DNA from: Eledone cirrhosa
Lineage: Eukaryota
NCBI GenBank assembly: GCA_964016885.1
Contig: OZ024744.1
Coordinates: 91,078,001-91,142,000 of the forward strand
Direction: 5' to 3'
DNA: 64,000 bases
The translations under genes and the position numbers were made by a program. The notes beneath the pieces were generated by a model. The model was given only the letters and a program-made list of their open reading frames with translations, did no database searches and was not told where the DNA came from. Shown in pieces: positions 1-12,402 of this stretch; within the stretch, counting starts at the first letter, position 1, and each line of letters starts with the position of its first letter.

Positions 1-950
1 AAGCTTAATTAAGAATGTAGGATTCACATGCAGCAGCTGTGCTGAAACAGCAAGCAAACAGCCACAGGAAACAAGTACCACCAATCTCTGGGAGGGCCCT
101 GTAGAAACAGTAGACAGCTTCTGCTACCTAGGTGACCGAATTAGCAACGGAGGTGGGTGCTCAGAAAGTACAATAACTAGGGTAAGAACGGGATGGAAGA
201 AGTTTAGGGAACTACTACCACTGCTAGCTGCAAAAGGCTTCTCCCTCAGAATGAAAGGCAGACTGTATGATGCGTGTATCCGAACAGCGATGTTGCATGG
301 TAGTGAGACCTGGGCGCTGAAGGTGGAAGACTTACGTAGATTAGAGAGAAACGAAGCCTGCATGCTCCGATGGATGTGTAACAGTAATATACGTGAACGA
401 CAAAGCATAAATGAATTGAGAGAGAGACTGAGCATAAGAGGAATCAAATGCTGCGTGCAGGAGAGGCGGTTACGCTGGTATGGACATGTGATGCGTATGA
501 AGGATGACAGCTGCATAAAAAGGTGCAGCGCACTAGAAGTTGATGGAAACCGCGGAGTGGGGAGACCCAAGATGACTTGGGATGAGGTGATAAAAGCCGA
601 CCTTACCCAACTACACCTCTCAAAGTCAATGACACACGACCGTGACTTCTGGCGTCACGCAGTAATACAGGGTACCCGACCTCCTGGAGGTGCCACGGCA
701 AAAAAGCACCCAGCCCACACTGTAAAGTGGACGTGTAGGCGCCACGAAAAAGCACCCAGCACTCACTGTAAATGAGGTTGGTGTTAGGAAGGGCATCCAG
801 CTGTAGAAATCAAGCCAGATCAGTTCCTGTATGAGCAAGGCATGGTCAGCCGACCAGACACTGCCCACAACAGGACAACCCGTCTAACCCATGCTAGCGT
901 GGAAGAACGGACGTAAAACGGTGATGATGATGATGATGATGATGATGATA
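1..950 (+). mobile_element. RTE-clade LINE, 3' part (subfamily B)
   Basis: ORF 251..775 with [17 protein letters not shown] and GRPKMTW; (GAT)n tail. Confidence 0.9.
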
Positions 951-1104
951 CACTGGTGGTTTTCCTGTTTTTTGATCGCACACACTCTCTCTCTCTCTCT
1001 AGTGCGTTATCCTTTCTACATATTGTATTTTGAAGAGCACATAATTTACAGGGACTAACGCAAGTCAATGACTCCGTTAATATTTGGATATATATATATA
1101 TATA

Positions 1105-1650
1105 CGAGGGAGCTTCAAAAAGTTTGTAGAAAAAGTATATAGTTAAAAATCATAAGCAGGGATTTTGATCTCAATACACCTGTACAGTCTCGTAATAACG
1201 TGTCATAACATGTTCTAACATGAACGCTTAAAAGCATGTTGCAATGAGGTCGTGCCAGTCAAAAGTCAACACCTGTTCAAGCAACATGGCCTCCATCAAA
1301 TCATCAAATACATGGTGAAGCTAGGGTAGAAGAGCAGCCAAATCAGTGACGCTCTAGAGCAAGTTTATGGGGACAATGTCCCAAAGAAATCACAACAACC
1401 TACAAATGGATGAAAGTCGTTTTAGAAGTGAAAGATATGAGGTTGAAAATGATTCCCAGTTGAAGATGTAAAAAAAGCTGCTTTGACATGGTTTAAATTG
1501 CATGACCCTCAGTTTTACTTAAAGGCTGATGTCAACGCTTGCAGAAGTGTATTGACCTAGATGGAGAATATGTTGAAAAATAAACATCATAACTTAAACC
1601 CTTTTTTTTTCCAACTGTCCTTTTTCCATAAACATTTTGAAGCAACCTCA
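1105..1650 (+). mobile_element. Internally deleted mariner element
   Basis: TIRs cgagggagcttcaaaaagtttgtagaaaa / ttttccataaacattttgaagcaacctca, TA flanks, transposase remnants (..QKCIDLDGEYVEK*). Confidence 0.8.
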
Positions 1651-1664
1651 TATGTATATATATA

Positions 1665-2317
1665 TTAAGGGAAAAATTAGAAATAAGAGGGATCAGATGT
1701 TGTTTACTCGAGAGAAGGCTACGTTGGTATGGTCACGTGATGCGCATGAAAGACGACAGCTGTATAACAAAGTGCAGGGCAATAAAGATAGACGGTAGCC
1801 ACGGAGTAGGCAGACCCAGAAAAACCTGGGACGACCTGATAAATTCCGACCTCACACACTTACACTTCTCCAAGACAATTTCACTGGCGGTACTCAGTAA
1901 TAGAGAAGACCTGCCTTACCTAAATACAAAGTAAAACCTACTACAGTCAGTAGGCATCTCTAACAAAATACACCCCCCGTCCCACCACCCCCACCCCATC
2001 CACGCCGCTCCTTTCAATGTAAAGTTTTGTTGGTGCCACAACATCCAGGCCGAAACAAATGAGATCGTGTAGGTGTCACGACAAAAAAACACACAGTCCA
2101 CGCTGTAATGTGGCCGTGTAGGCAACACAGTAAAAACCTCCCAGCCCCACACTGTAAATGTGGTTGGTGTTAGGAAGGGCATCCAGCTGTAGAAAACCCG
2201 CCAGACAGTCCTATGCGAGCAAGACAACCACTCTTGCCTCAAGTGGGAAAACTCCCATCCAAACCCATGCAAGCGTGGAACATGGACGTTAAACGATGAT
2301 GATGATGATGATGATGA
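1665..2317 (+). mobile_element. RTE LINE 3' fragment (subfamily A)
   Basis: ORF 1737..1934 with GRPRKTW; (GAT)n tail; (TA)n on both sides. Confidence 0.85.
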
Positions 2318-4646
2318 TATATATATATATATACGCACAAGGGGGTGCTGAAAAGTTCCTAGCTTTAAGAGTATCACAAAAGGGTAGAGCTGTTACCTTT
2401 ACAAGGGAGGTGGGACCACTGCAATAAGTGTGTGAATCTGAGAGGGGAATATGTTGAATAAAATCATAATTAACTGATCCTCTTGAATTTTCTTTTGCCC
2501 AAAATCAGGAACTTTATATATAGCTCAAAGTCAATCCAGTGCCACAATAACAAAAGCACCCAGTCCACCTTGTAAGGTGGTCATGTTGGTGTCACGACAA
2601 AAAGCACCCAGTCCCTCCTGTAAAGTGGTCGTGTCTGTTTGGTGACAAGAGAAAAAGCACCCAGTCCATACTGAAAACTGATTGTGTCAGTGACATGATC
2701 CCCCCCAAAAAAACAACAAAAAAACAGCCAGTCCACCTTGTAAAGTGGTCATGTTGGTGACTGGACAATCCTAGATATAAACTGTACTTACAATTGAATG
2801 CCACCAATTAGCATTGTCCCACACTGTCCTGGTTGTATCACTGGAGTAGTGGTGGTATAGGCTTTTGATATACTAAAATTTTTTTCCATACACTGAGGCG
2901 TATGTGTATATATGTGTGTATGTGCATATGCATACATTTATATGTATGACTACATAAATATAAATGTGCAAACACAGACACACTTACAAAAATAGACTCA
3001 CAGACATACATTCACACAAACACACATACATTTACACAAACATAAACAAACGCTCGCACACAGCGTAGTTTTTTCACCAACTCCGTCCTTCCTTTTAGAC
3101 ACATATACATTCACGCAGGCAGCCGATGTAGATAGAGAGGAGTAGTATGAGGTAGTCAAACTACTCTCTCTTTACATGTGACAGAATCGCAGAAATTTAT
3201 ATATAGATATATTTCTTTATTTGCCACAAAGGCACACAAGAAAATGGGACAATACAAGGACATATGCCGGGGATTTTACATACAATCGTGTAAAAAAACT
3301 TTTAAACAAACAAATTCAACAATCGAAATCCCCCTGACATCTACTAATACATACACTGTGGTATTATCTCTCTAGAACGGTGTTTCTCAACCTTTTTAAC
3401 CTTGTGGAACCCCTGATCATGAATACAAGCAGCTGAAAAGTTGTTAGTTAGACCATCGGTCAACAGCTTAGCAGTGTCTGATCGAAAGTTAGTTGTAGTG
3501 GTAAGAAACTCTCAGAAGAGCTGGACAGCAGATGATCTTCAGAGAAGAAACCCTGCTGAAGCGAATGTTTAATCCCTTAAACCCCACACACTTACACACA
3601 TATGTGTCTGTGTGTTGAAAATAAGTTTCTAAAATGGCAGAGTGTGTAATATGAAGGAAATTTGGCAGCTGTTTCTAGTAGGTCGACTGATCATTATAGA
3701 GACTCTGTCACTGGCTCATAAGCAAGTTATTTTTAAAGAGGAGCAATGTATGTATAACATTAGGAAGTTATAGTTTAATGGCTAAGACAGCAAACACTAT
3801 GCTTACCTGCAACCATGTTTTTCTTCATATTTTAATATATGAGCACAACAATTGAGAATTGAAGTGCGTTGGACAATAACAGAGAAAGATTTATTTGCAT
3901 GCACAGCAAACCACATTGTTCTCAGAGACTCAGACAATAATAAAATAGTTCACACTATCCTTACACAGAGAGAAACAAGAGAAGCAAGAGAAACAGATAA
4001 AACCCAGCGTTTGTTCACTCAGCCATATTTCCCTGTCTTCTGGTTTTCTTGCAAAAATAGGATTATCTCCCCTTAGATTTCCTAATCTATGGAATGAAAA
4101 GGACATCAGTCGGTTTCAACAATGAGTGTTCCAGTTGTTCGATGGATGGAACAGCCTGCACTAGAAATTACGATACAATGCAGGTGGCTGAGCATTCCAC
4201 AAATGCGTGTACCCTTAATATAATTCTGAGGGAGATTCAGGGAGATACATTTAGGACCTCAATCGATTTCAACAATGTGTGATCCAGTTGTTCGTTCAAC
4301 AGAATAGCCTACTTGTGAAATTAACATGTAAGTGGGTGGGTATTCCACACACACACACACACATGTGCTCTTATTGCATGCTCTCAGGGAGATTCAGTGT
4401 GACACAGTATATGACAAAGCAGATGTTTTGAATTACAGATACAGTTCATCAAATATATATATATATATATATATATAATAAAATAATACATCAGTAAGTA
4501 TTCATCATCATCATCATTTTACGTCCGCTTTTCCCTGGTTGCAAGGCCTAGACAAAATGTATCCAATACCAAACATATATATATATATATATACACACAC
4601 ACGCACATATATATATATACACACACACACGCACATATATATATAT

Positions 4647-4695
<49 letters not shown>

Positions 4696-4827
4696 TATAT
4701 ATACACACACACATATATACACACACACACATATATACACACACACATACACATATACACACACTCACATATATATATATATATGAATGAAAAATGGTGT
4801 GCTGCATTGTTGCGAATGTGATATATC

Positions 4828-4977
4828 TGAATTAAAAAATAGAGCAAGAAACCAGGACTATCCATCATCAGTGATCTACTAGCCATCATAGGTACTTCTT
4901 CGCATTAAAGTACCTATGATGGCCAGAAGATCACTGATGACGGATAGTCCTGGTTTCTTGCTCTATTTTTTAATTCA
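4828..4977. repeat. Long inverted repeat between (TA/CA)n tracts
   Basis: 70-bp arms with about 3 mismatches and a 10-nt loop (4898-4907). Confidence 0.9.
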
Positions 4978-5648
4978 TATATATATATATACATATACAT
5001 ATATATATACATATATATACATATATATATATATACATATATATACATATATATATATATATACATATATATACATATATATATATATACATATATATAT
5101 ATACATATATATACATACATATATACATATATACATATACATATACATATATACATATATATATACATATACATATATATACATATATATATACATATAT
5201 ACATATATACATATACATATATACATATACATATATACATATACATATATACATATACATACATATATATATACATATATCATCATCATCATTTCATCAT
5301 TTCATTTTACGTCCGCTTTTCCCTGCTTGCAAGGGTGGGACGGGAACTGATTCTGGCTTGATTTCTACAGCTGGATGCCCTTCCTAACACCAACCTCATT
5401 TACAGTGAGTGCTGGGTGCTTTTATGCTGTGGCACCTCCACGACCACTTTGCAGTGGAATGATATGGACTCCAGTCCCTATCATCTCATTTCTACAGCTG
5501 AGTAAACTGGAGCAATGTGAAATAAAGTGTCTTGCTCAAGGAAACAACACATCACCCGGTCTGAGAATTGAACTCACAACCTTTCGATTGCAAGGCCAAT
5601 GTCTATGTATATATATACGTATACATATATATATATACATATACATAC

Positions 5649-5758
<110 letters not shown>

Positions 5759-5762
5759 ATAC

Positions 5763-5793
<31 letters not shown>

Positions 5794-6391
5794 CATATAT
5801 ATATACATATATATACATATATATACATATAGTGGCTGCCAACTCGTATTCCAGTACGGCCACTACTTTATATCCATGTAGAAGAACCCCTACTGATGCG
5901 CTGAACGAGTGTGACTTTTTAGTCCAGCCAGCGACTTGAAAACTCTGGTACAAACACTACACTTTCGACAATTATTGACACATAGTGCTGGGCCCATGGT
6001 ACCATGTGACGACAAGTGCAGAGAGATCTCCAGATATAAAGCAATGCCTGTGCCGTTAAGCTTTTATAGTGAGCAAAGGCACTGCACAAAGCCAGTCCCA
6101 CTCTCTTAACCAAGATGATATTTACCAAAGAGAAGAACAAGTCAACATCATTGGATACCATCAGAGTTGCAGGTGTTATATCAGAGTTTTCCTTCTCCTA
6201 GAATTCTGCCTTGACAAAAGCTAAAGGGTCATCTCTCCCGGTAATTTTGGATGGCCATTGACTCTTAAGAGCTCCTTTGCCCTTTGACAGGTTTTATTTT
6301 TAGTCCTGCAGGATGTTCAAAGTCACCCTCCTCACCAAGAAACCTTGGTGGGGTTGCCAGTTTAGTCGCCAACGACTATATATACATATAT

Positions 6392-6440
<49 letters not shown>

Positions 6441-6554
6441 CATATATATATATACATATATATATATGTAGGAGGTGAGTTTTATTGTAGTACAATAAAG
6501 CAATGCAGATATCGGATAAGAAGCACTCTACAGTTTGTAGGACTGGAGTATACA

Positions 6555-6675
6555 TAATATATAAGATCAAAAGATGGTTAAATGAGTTCCATGTATTTTA
6601 TTATGCGCATTTCACTGAAATGCGCATAATAAAATACATGGAACTCATTTAACCATCTTTTGATCTTATATATTA
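6555..6675. repeat. Perfect palindrome containing a hammerhead 3' half
   Basis: 60-bp arms around C6615; the arm reads GAAA-T[GCGC]A-TA-ATAAAATACAT. Confidence 0.9.
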
Positions 6676-6696
6676 CATATATATATATATATATAC

Positions 6697-8470
6697 ATTA
6701 AATTAATCGACCAGGTCATGAAGGTCACGGAAAAAGTTATAGCGCAACTAATCAGAGAGCGAATTGATCTAGATGAAATGCAGTTCGGGTTTGTGTCAGG
6801 AAAAAGTACCACAGATGCTCTTTTCATTGTACGACAACTACAGGAGAAGTACCTAGCTAAAAGTAAACCCCTATACTTAGCTTTCGTCGACTTGGAGAAG
6901 GCCTTCGACAGAGTCCCCCGTTCCATTATCTGGTGGGCTCTTAGAAAACTAGGTGTTGATGAATGGCTTGTGAGAGCTATACAAGCCATGTATAAAGAAA
7001 CAGTTAGCAAGGTTAGAATTAACAACGAATATAGTGAAGAGTTTAGTGTAAAAGTTGGTGTTCATCAGGGCTCTGTTCTTAGCCCCCTACTATTTATTAT
7101 TGCCCTCCAGGCTATAACAGTGGAGTTCAAGACCGGCTGCCCATGGGAACTCCTATACGCAGATGATCTAACGCTCATAGCTGAATCAATGGCCGAGCTA
7201 GAGAAGAAATTCCAAACATGGAAGCACGGCCTAGAATCAAAAGGCCTTAAAATTAACCTAGCTAAGACTAAAGTTCTAGTTTGTAAGAAAGAAAATAAGG
7301 CGGCGGACCCCTCCGGGAAGTGGCCATGCGCAGAGTGTAGGAAAGGCGTAGGTAGAAATTCCATTTTGTGTCCCAAATGCAAAGTTTGGGTGCATAAAAG
7401 ATGTAGTGGGATCACAGGTAAGCTAACTAAGAACATAGATTTTACATGTGGCCGGTGTTCTGGGAATATAAGTAGCAGCAAGTGCCCACAAAATACTAGC
7501 TCTTTCAACTGCGCAGAGGGTTCTATAGAAATAGTGGACCGCTTCCGTTACCTGGGTGACAAAATCAGCAGTGGGGGAGGGTGCTCTGAAAGTACAGTAG
7601 CTAGAGTCAGAACTGGGTGGAAAAAGTTCAGAGAGCTTATACCACTATTAGCCGCTAAAGGGTTCTCCCTAAAAATGAAAGGCAGGCTGTACGATGCCTG
7701 CATACGAACAGCAATGTTGCATGGCAGTGAGACCTGGGCATTGTGTGCAGAGGATACGCAGACTAGAGAGAAACGAAGCTTGCATGCTCCGCTGGATGTG
7801 TAATAGTAATATACGTGAACGACAAAGCATAAACGAACTAAGGAAAAAATTAGAAATAAGAGGGATCAGATGTTGTTTACTAGAGAGAAGGCTACGTTGG
7901 TATGGTCACGTGATGCGCATGAAGGATGATAGCTGTATAACAAAGTGCAGGGCAATAAAGATAGACGGTAGCCACGGAATAGGCAGACCCAGAAAAACCT
8001 GGGACGAGCTGATAAACTCCGACCTCACACACTTACACCTCACCAAGACAATGTCACTGGACCGAGACCTTTGGCGGTACTCAATAATAGAGAAGACCCG
8101 CATTGCCAGTAGGCATCTCTAACAAAATACACCCCGTCCCACCACCACCACCCCCACCCCATCCACACCACCCCATTCTATGTATAGTTATGTTGGTGCC
8201 ACGCCATCCAGGCCGAAACAAATGAGATTGTGTAGGTGTCACGACAAAAAAACACACAGTCCACGCTGTAATGTGGCCGTATAGGCAACACGGTAAAAAC
8301 CTCCCAGACCCACACTGTAAATGTGGTTGGTGTTAGGAAGGGCATCCAACTGTAGAAAACCTGCCAGACAGTCCTATGCGAGCAAGAAAATCACTCTTGC
8401 CTCAAGTGGGACTACCCCCGTCCAAACCCATGCAAGCGTGGAACACGGACATTAAACGTTGATGATGATG
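6697..8470 (+). mobile_element. 5'-truncated RTE LINE (subfamily A): RT with PHD-like insertion, one frameshift
   Basis: ORF 6718..7803 has QFGF, FVDLEKAFD, GVHQGSVLSP and LYADD; frameshift near 7755 into ORF 7694..8122; (GAT)n tail. Confidence 0.93.
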
Positions 8471-8506
<36 letters not shown>

Positions 8507-8513
8507 CCCCTCA

Positions 8514-8554
<41 letters not shown>

Positions 8555-8583
8555 TATATACATATACATATATATACATATAC

Positions 8584-8617
<34 letters not shown>

Positions 8618-8682
8618 ATATACATATACATATATATACATATACATATATATACATATATATACATATACATATATATATA

Positions 8683-9228
8683 CTGCGTGCAGGAGAGGCG
8701 GTTACGCTGGTATGGACATGTGATGCGTATGAAGGATGACAGCTGCATAAAAAGGTGCAGAGCACTAGAAGTTGATGGAAACCGCGGAGTGGGGAGACCC
8801 AAGATGACTTGGGATGAGGTGATAAAAGCCGACCTTACCCAACTACACCTCTCAAAGACAATGACACACGACCGTGACTTCTGGCGTCACGCAGTAATAC
8901 AGGGTACCCGACCTCCCATGGGTACATGCTGAAGCATATAAACAATATGCCCCCACTCTCCCCACCGCAAGGTGGTCATGGAGGTGCCACGGCAAAAAAG
9001 CACCCAGCCCACACTGTAAAGTGGACGTGTAGGCGCCACGAAAAAGCACCCAGCACTCACTGTAAATGAGGTTGGTGTTAGGAAGGGCATCCAGCTGTAG
9101 AAATCAAGCCAGATCAGTTCCTGTATGAGCAAGGCATGGTCAGCCGACCAGACACTGCCCACAACAGGACAACCCGTCTAACCCATGCTAGCGTGGAAGA
9201 ACGGACGTAAAACGGTGATGATGATGAT
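8683..9228 (+). mobile_element. RTE LINE 3' fragment (subfamily B)
   Basis: Near-identical to 451-950; embedded in (TA/CA)n. Confidence 0.88.
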
Positions 9229-9252
9229 ACATATATATACATATATATATAC

Positions 9253-9283
<31 letters not shown>

Positions 9284-9318
9284 CATATATATACATATAT
9301 ATATATACATATATACAT

Positions 9319-9775
9319 ATCATCATCATCATCATCATCAACGTTTAACGTCCGTGTTCCACGCTTGCATGGGTTTGGACGGGGGTAGTCCCACTTGAGG
9401 CAAGAGTGATTGTCTTGCTCGCATAGGACTGTCTGGCAGGTTTTCTACAGTTGGATGCCCTTCCTAACACCAACCACATTTACAGTGTGGGTCTGGGAGG
9501 TTTTTACCGTGTTGCCTACACGGCCACATTACAGCGTGGACTGTGTGTTTTTTTGTCGTGACACCTACACGATCTCATTTGTTTCGGCCTGGATGGCGCG
9601 GCACCAACATAACTTTACATAGAACGGGGTGGTGTGGATGGGGTGGGGGTGGTGGTGGTGGGACGGGGTGTATTTTGTTAGAGATGCCTACTGGCTGGAG
9701 TAGGTTTTACTATATATTTAGGTAAGGCGGGTCTTCTCTGTTACTGAGTACCGCCAAAGGTCTCGGTCCAGTGAT
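9319..9775 (-). mobile_element. RTE LINE 3' tail (subfamily A), inverted
   Basis: Reverse complement of about 8050-8470 and 1880-2317. Confidence 0.88.
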
Positions 9776-9776
9776 A

Positions 9777-9852
<76 letters not shown>

Positions 9853-9864
9853 CATATGTATATA

Positions 9865-9902
<38 letters not shown>

Positions 9903-9926
9903 CATATATATATAGGAATGAGTAGG

Positions 9927-10023
9927 ACCCCGACGGCTGAGCTCAAGCCGTTTCGACGGCTAATTCTGGACTAAATGAAAATTTTTATCCTGGTATAATG
10001 AATAGCCGAGCTTCTCAGGGGGT
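9927..10023 (-). ncRNA. Type I hammerhead ribozyme motif (G8 mutated)
   Basis: Minus strand: ACCCC-CUGAGAA-stem II (CGGCUAUUC/GAAUUAGCCG)-GAAA-CGGCU[UGAGCUC]AGCCG-UC^GGGGU. Confidence 0.7.
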
Positions 10024-10101
10024 AATTCCATATATGGGAAAAGTGATTGTCACAAGGATTGGTCAAAAGTTTGTTGTTGAGACACATAATTCTATCATGG
10101 C

Positions 10102-10178
10102 AATTTGTGGAGGAAAGGGGTAGCTGAACCTGCCAGGTTTCTACTGGCAGGTTCAGCTACCCCTTCCCTCCACAAATT
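10102..10178. repeat. GC-rich hairpin next to a hammerhead motif
   Basis: aatttgtggaggaaaggggtagctgaacctgccag / ctggcaggttcagctaccccttccctccacaaatt; 7-nt loop, 1 mismatch. Confidence 0.9.
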
Positions 10179-10565
10179 ATATATACACATATACAATGAT
10201 ATAAGAAAATCAGAAGGTGAGTTAATGTACTTACATAAAGATGGTAAGTTAGTAAAAACCTATATAGCTGTTTCCTGTTGGCCTGTCCATTTGCCAGACA
10301 ATATGATTAATATTTTATGTATCGATAAAAAAAACGTATATATATTTTTTGATATGAAATCGTGTGTCGAAACAAATATTGTTTTACTTGGGGAGGGTCA
10401 TATTGTTGTAATAATATTGCCAGAATTAATAACAGAACACACTCACTGTTTGGTTGGTTTTTGCTTCTGTATCTTTTATATCAGTTAATTTATTCGGTCC
10501 TCAATGTTTACCATTGACTGACCAACGGTCAAAAATACAGATATAATATAGACACAAACACATAC

Positions 10566-10620
10566 ATAGTCTAACAAAGTTCTTTCGTTGCACATCTGCA
10601 ACATCGTCAGTGGTGCTATT
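10566..10620 (-). ncRNA. Hammerhead-like motif with degenerate stems I and III
   Basis: Minus strand: CUGACGA-U-GUUGCA[GAUG]UGCAAC-GAAA; perfect 6-bp stem II. Confidence 0.5.
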
Positions 10621-11282
10621 ATGTTTCTTCCTGTTGTATTGTATGTCTACACCATCTTTATTTAACCCGTTTATTTATTTATTTTTATCTTCTCTGCGCA
10701 TGCGTTTGCGTGTGTGTATAGTGTTTGATGTGTGTTCGAGTTTGGGTGACTGTGTTTTAATTCTTGTATTCTATCTTAGTTTACTAGTGTGTGTTTATAT
10801 GTTTGTTGTTATTGTGCTTGTGTATATATTTATTTATTTATTTATATTCCTAACACCAACCTCATTTATAGTGAGTGGTGGGTGCTTTTTTTTTTCCGTG
10901 GCGCCTACACAACCACTTTACAATGTGGGCTGGGTGCTTTTTTGCCACTTTGCAGTGGGAGGGGGTGGGGACATATTGTCTAATATATATATATATGATA
11001 GTTTCAAAAAAAGCCCGCATGACTCAGTCTTTATATATATATAGGAGAGGAGAAGTGCACCACCAAGCATTTCAAAGGCTCACTGAAATGTCATGATAGA
11101 TACATTGTCAAACATCTAGAGTAGCACTTCATTGGTTACTTGCTTGATTGATTGATTGATTTCATGGCAACTATATTTACTGACACATAACAAACTCTTC
11201 TTTAGATTTACAAATAATTAAATAAATAAACAAACAAACGAATAAGTAAAAAATAAAAATTAGACAAATATAAATTACTCAC

Positions 11283-11381
11283 CCGCGTGAAAAGTGAGAT
11301 GATCGGTTTACCAGGGCAGCAGGTTTCTATTATTTTCTTATCATTTGCATCATGAGCAAAACGAATCTTTAATTCTTTAAG
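11283..11381 (-). CDS. LARS1: LeuRS exon (last recognisable in window)
   Basis: ag|LKELKIRFAHDANDKKIIETCCPGKPIISLFTR|gtgagt; 99 nt; CCPGKP motif. Confidence 0.93.
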
Positions 11382-12402
11382 CTGGTAGAAAGAAAACATT
11401 AATGGATTTTACTCTGTTGCCAAACAAAAAAATGGTAAAGTGGACTCTTCAGTTGTGTCAAAGATATGACAGCCTCTCTAGTGTTGGTGCTATGATAAAA
11501 TTGACCTAGTACACTCTGTAATGTGGTTGATGAAAGGAAGGGCATCCAGCCATAGAAAGCATGCTAAAAAAAAAGCGTACAGAAGACATGAAAACCTCTA
11601 GAGATACAAATGCAAACAGTAGACTGTGAAATGGTTTGTGATAGGAAGAGCATCCAGCCATAGGAATCATGCCAAAAAAAGGGTTGAGAGGATTCTTCAG
11701 TTGTGTCAAAGGCACGACAACTTCTCTGGTAATGGTGGCACAATATAACACACCCAATACACTCTGTAAAGTGGTTGGTAACAGGAAAAGCATCCAGCCA
11801 TACAAAGACATGACATTCTCCCTAGTGCTAGTGTCACAATAAAATACACCCAGTACACTGTTAAGGGTGGGAACATATGTAAACAAGATATGACCTCTGA
11901 CCCATCAGAGGGCATCTGGGCACTGAAAACCTGTCAAACAAAAAGCTGTGAGAACTCTTTTAAACCTGGTGGAGCCTATCTCCTCTCCAGGTCTGAACAC
12001 AGGAGATTTCTTCAAGAGAAGTATAGAAAGAGTGAGTGAATCATCATCATCATCATCTCCTTTTAACATCCAGTTTTCCATGCTGGCATGGGTTAGACAA
12101 ATGGAGGTGAGAAAAAGATAGAGGAAGAATCAACCCCAGTATTTGAGTAGTATTTTTTTATCAACTTATTCTAAACTAAATACAAAAAGCTTATCATGGG
12201 GTCTTCCTGTCCAGGAGTATGTGTGTCATACAGCTTGACAATGCTTCTCTATTCTTCCCAGTTTAGAGCGAGTGCTTTAAGTTCATCAATTTTTTTGTTA
12301 GTAATGTCCTCTATATGTTTCATGTAAAACCTTTTCTTGAGCGACCTCCCCTGTCTTTGTCATTCTCTGGATTGTAGAGGACATGAAATATATATATATA
12401 TA

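Noticed and set aside
5890-5950. ctgatgcgctg...cagc...gaaaac hammerhead-like string
   Set aside because: The core and spacing deviate from the consensus, and there is no stem I.
6718-8122. Active autonomous LINE
   Set aside because: It is 5'-truncated with no APE endonuclease and is frameshifted near 7755.
12190-12380. Possible extra LARS1 exon
   Set aside because: It reads as a decayed LINE C-terminus with stops, and the flanking exons already join in frame.
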